A stretch of 52,531 nucleotides of DNA. It comes from Nemertoderma westbladi (taxonomy: Eukaryota > Animalia > Xenacoelomorpha). Numbering within the stretch: position 1 is the first letter of the stretch; every line of letters starts with the position of its first letter. The translations under genes and the position numbers were made by a program. Under the pieces are notes generated by a model that saw nothing but the letters and a program-made list of their open reading frames with translations, did no database searches and was not told the DNA's origin. Shown piece after piece: positions 49,811-52,531 of the stretch. The DNA lies in assembly GCA_032718475.1 (NCBI GenBank), contig JAUCBJ010001225.1, positions 1-52,531 of the forward strand. Reading direction: 5' to 3'.

Positions 49811-52531
49811 GAGCGTTTGGAGATGGCAAACAAGAAGACGGTACCGATTTGAATATGCTGGGTGCGATGATGGGAACATGGGCACCACCTCGAACCACCC
49901 TCGTTGCATAACCGAGAGGCCAGTGTTTCTCACAGATATGTTTATTTTTAGTGAATTCAAACCCAGCATTTGGCAAAACCCGAATCCATGCACTTCGCTC
50001 CACTTCATCGTTTGGGAAGCTAAACACCTTCACTGCAGGTACCGGTACTTCCGACTTTAGGTGAGGCCTATCATAGTTTGAATTGCATCCAAAGACGCAG
50101 CATTTATAATGCATATATTAAGTTGTTAAGGAATTATTACTGGTAAATAAGCAATTAAAAACAATAGACTTATTGGCAAGCAAATACGTATGATAACAGG
50201 CCTAACAGCCTAATTAAAAAGATCATTTAGATTTTAGACTTATTGCAGTATTGCTTTATTGCATTATTGATTAGTGCAAAACCATGTCACAGGCAGTCGC
50301 GGTCGTCCCCCCTCTTCCGAAGGAACACAATAAGAGTGGAAGGGGAGGGGACACAGGTATTGTATACTGTATACAGGTATATGCCTACCGGTAATACAGT
50401 AATACAGGTATAAGATACAACACTACAACAAAACTACCAGACCTACAGTGGTTACTGTCTGACAGTGTAAGTCCAACAAGTCAGCCTATCTAATTTCACA
50501 GCAAAGTCCTTGTCATGGCCTGTGTGTAGTAGGCCATGGTTCATACACATCTTTTACTTTATTATTGAGATTTTGTTTACATAAATTCATTGCCTTATGG
50601 TGAGTGATTTACTGGTTTAGTTATCATTAGTAACTGAATTGATAAAATTTATAAGAGATAATTAATGATTCGTGTTTAATGATTTTTTTAGGTTATATTT
50701 TGAGTTCCGTGGATGCAGAGGTTGATCCCAATGATAAACGACCAATCGGATGGGACTTGGGTGGGAAGCGGCCGATAATATCAAAACGAGGTCTCAATTG
50801 GGATTTAGGTGGAAAGAAAAGAGGTCTGAATTGGGATCTTGGTGGAAAACGAGGTCTGAATTGGGATCTTGGTGGAAAACGAGGGCTTAATTGGGATCTT
50901 GGTGGAAAAAGAGGGCTGAACTGGGATCTTGGAGGTAAAAAACGCGCTCTTGATCGCGAGAATAACAAACGAGGGCTCAACTGGGACCTCGGTGGAAAGT
51001 AAATCATCTATCTTTATAATGAACTCTCAATGTGATACAATGCTAACTATTATTGTCTTATGTTGATGCAGACACTTAACGTACAAGGTAATTAACAAAA
51101 ATGTCAAACATTTATTATTTATTATATTATAAATAAATAGGTGACTTTAAATAACCAAATACTTGATTAAATTGTAAGCAGAATTTATTTTGTAAATGGA
51201 GACTAACTAATGCAAATTTAATTGCAATAAAAACCAGATTCCACTTCTTCTAAATTTGTTAAAAGAAGTTGGGTTCTATTAGTTAATGTGAGACTAATCA
51301 ACTTCAAAGACAATATCATAGTCAGATACTCAAATCAAGACCAACTTTGTCACTCTCTTGGCAGGCACTCTCTCATCTCAGTATTGTCTGGGTATTTCCA
51401 ACAGAATTCTCGATTAATGAAAAGTTTATACAATATAATTCAATTTCAATCTAATTTTTTTTATATTCGCCTCCAAGCGGCGCAAATTGGCATAATATAA
51501 TAAAACCCGAAAATGACATATACATAATAACAATAAGTATAATGTATAAAAAATGTGTATCTTGGGTGTCTTAGTCCCCTCCGAAATAAATACCTGGATC
51601 CGCGCCTTGGTCAGGTCGAGCCCTGATTGGAACCACGCAGCCTTTCATCCCCTGTGGTCGATAAAATGAGTACCAGTTGAATAACTGGGAGCAAATCTTG
51701 AGATAGGAGTAGCGCCCACCCCTACCCTTGGGTAGCAGATAGGAGTAGCGCCCACCCCTATCCTTGGGTAGCAGATAGCAATAGCGCCCACCCCTTCCCT
51801 TGGGTAGCAGATAGGAGTAGTGCCCACCCCTACCCTTGGGTAGCAGATAGGAGTAGCGCCCACCCCTACCCTTGGGTAGCAGATAGTAATAGCGCCCACC
51901 CCTAACCTTGGGTAGCAGATAGGAGTAGCGCCCACCCCTACCCTTGGGTAGCAGATAGGAGTAGCGCCCACCCCTACCCTTCGGGTAGCAGATAGCAGTA
52001 GCGCCCACCCCTACCCTTGGGTAGCAGATAGGAGTAGCGCCCACCCCTACCCTTCGGGTAGCAGATAGCAGTAGCGCCCACCCCTACCCTTGGGTAGCAG
52101 ATAGCAGTAGCGCCCACCCCTACCCTTCGGGTAGCAGGTAGGAGTAGCGCCCACCCCTACCCTTGGGTAGCAGATAGCAGTAGCGCCCACCCCTACCCTT
52201 CGGGTAGCAGATAGGAGTAGCGCCCACCCCTACCCTTGGGTAGCAGATAGCAGTAGCGCCCACCCCTACCCTTGGGTAGCAGATAGGAGTAGCGCCCACC
52301 CCTACCCTTGGGTAGCAGATATGAATAGCGCCCACCCCTACATTCGGGTAGCAGATAGGAGTAGCGCCCACCCCTACCCTTGGGTAGCAGATAGTAATAG
52401 CGCCCACCCCTAACCTTGGGTAGCAGATAGGAGTAGCGCCCACCCCTACCCTTGGGTAGCAGATAGGAATAGCGCCCACGCCTACCCTTTGGTAGCAGAT
52501 AGCAATAGCACCCACCCCTACCCTTGGGTAG
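49811..52531. other. Artefactual reverse-complement copy of 46993-49713 (duplicate THAP, neuropeptide exon and 36-bp array are not independent loci)
   Basis: Position p mirrors 99524-p; ORF pairs identical (48522..48845 vs 50679..51002; 49410.. vs ..50114). Confidence 0.95.

Noticed and set aside
49410-50114. Two identical overlapping 216-aa genes on opposite strands, or a hairpin telomere/giant palindrome
   Set aside because: Product of adapter read-through; residues after ..PSPNAQ are adapter and mirror sequence.
50679-51002. Second copy of the neuropeptide gene
   Set aside because: Exact mirror of 48522-48845 within the artefact.

Overview
AT-rich, intron-containing animal (metazoan invertebrate) genomic DNA, not prokaryotic. 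(1) Minus strand: the 5' three coding exons of a GABA-B receptor subunit 1 gene (9132 to 2750; TM5-7 lie off the left edge). Its downstream intron holds an RTE-type LINE nested inside an antisense copy of itself. (2) Plus strand: an 8-exon WDR86-like WD40 gene (15705-34884, about 505 aa minimal form). Its exon-7/intron-7 boundary has been tandemly amplified into an 8-kb, 72-bp array carrying about 111 phase-0 splice-donor-like sites, with variation biased to synonymous positions. This is the most unusual structure here. (3) Minus strand: a multicopy neuropeptide precursor exon (6x GLNWDLG-amide plus 1x PIGWDLG-amide) at 48522-48832, next to a THAP-domain ORF. (4) The last 2.7 kb (49811-52531) is an artefactual mirror image. 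It is centred on 45 Ns flanked by the AAGCAGTGGTATCAACGCAGAGTACT amplification adapter, the pattern of a PacBio ultra-low-input hairpin read-through. The rest is mostly MITEs, HINE/DINE-like elements, LINE fragments and minisatellites. All calls were made by eye; no database searches were run.
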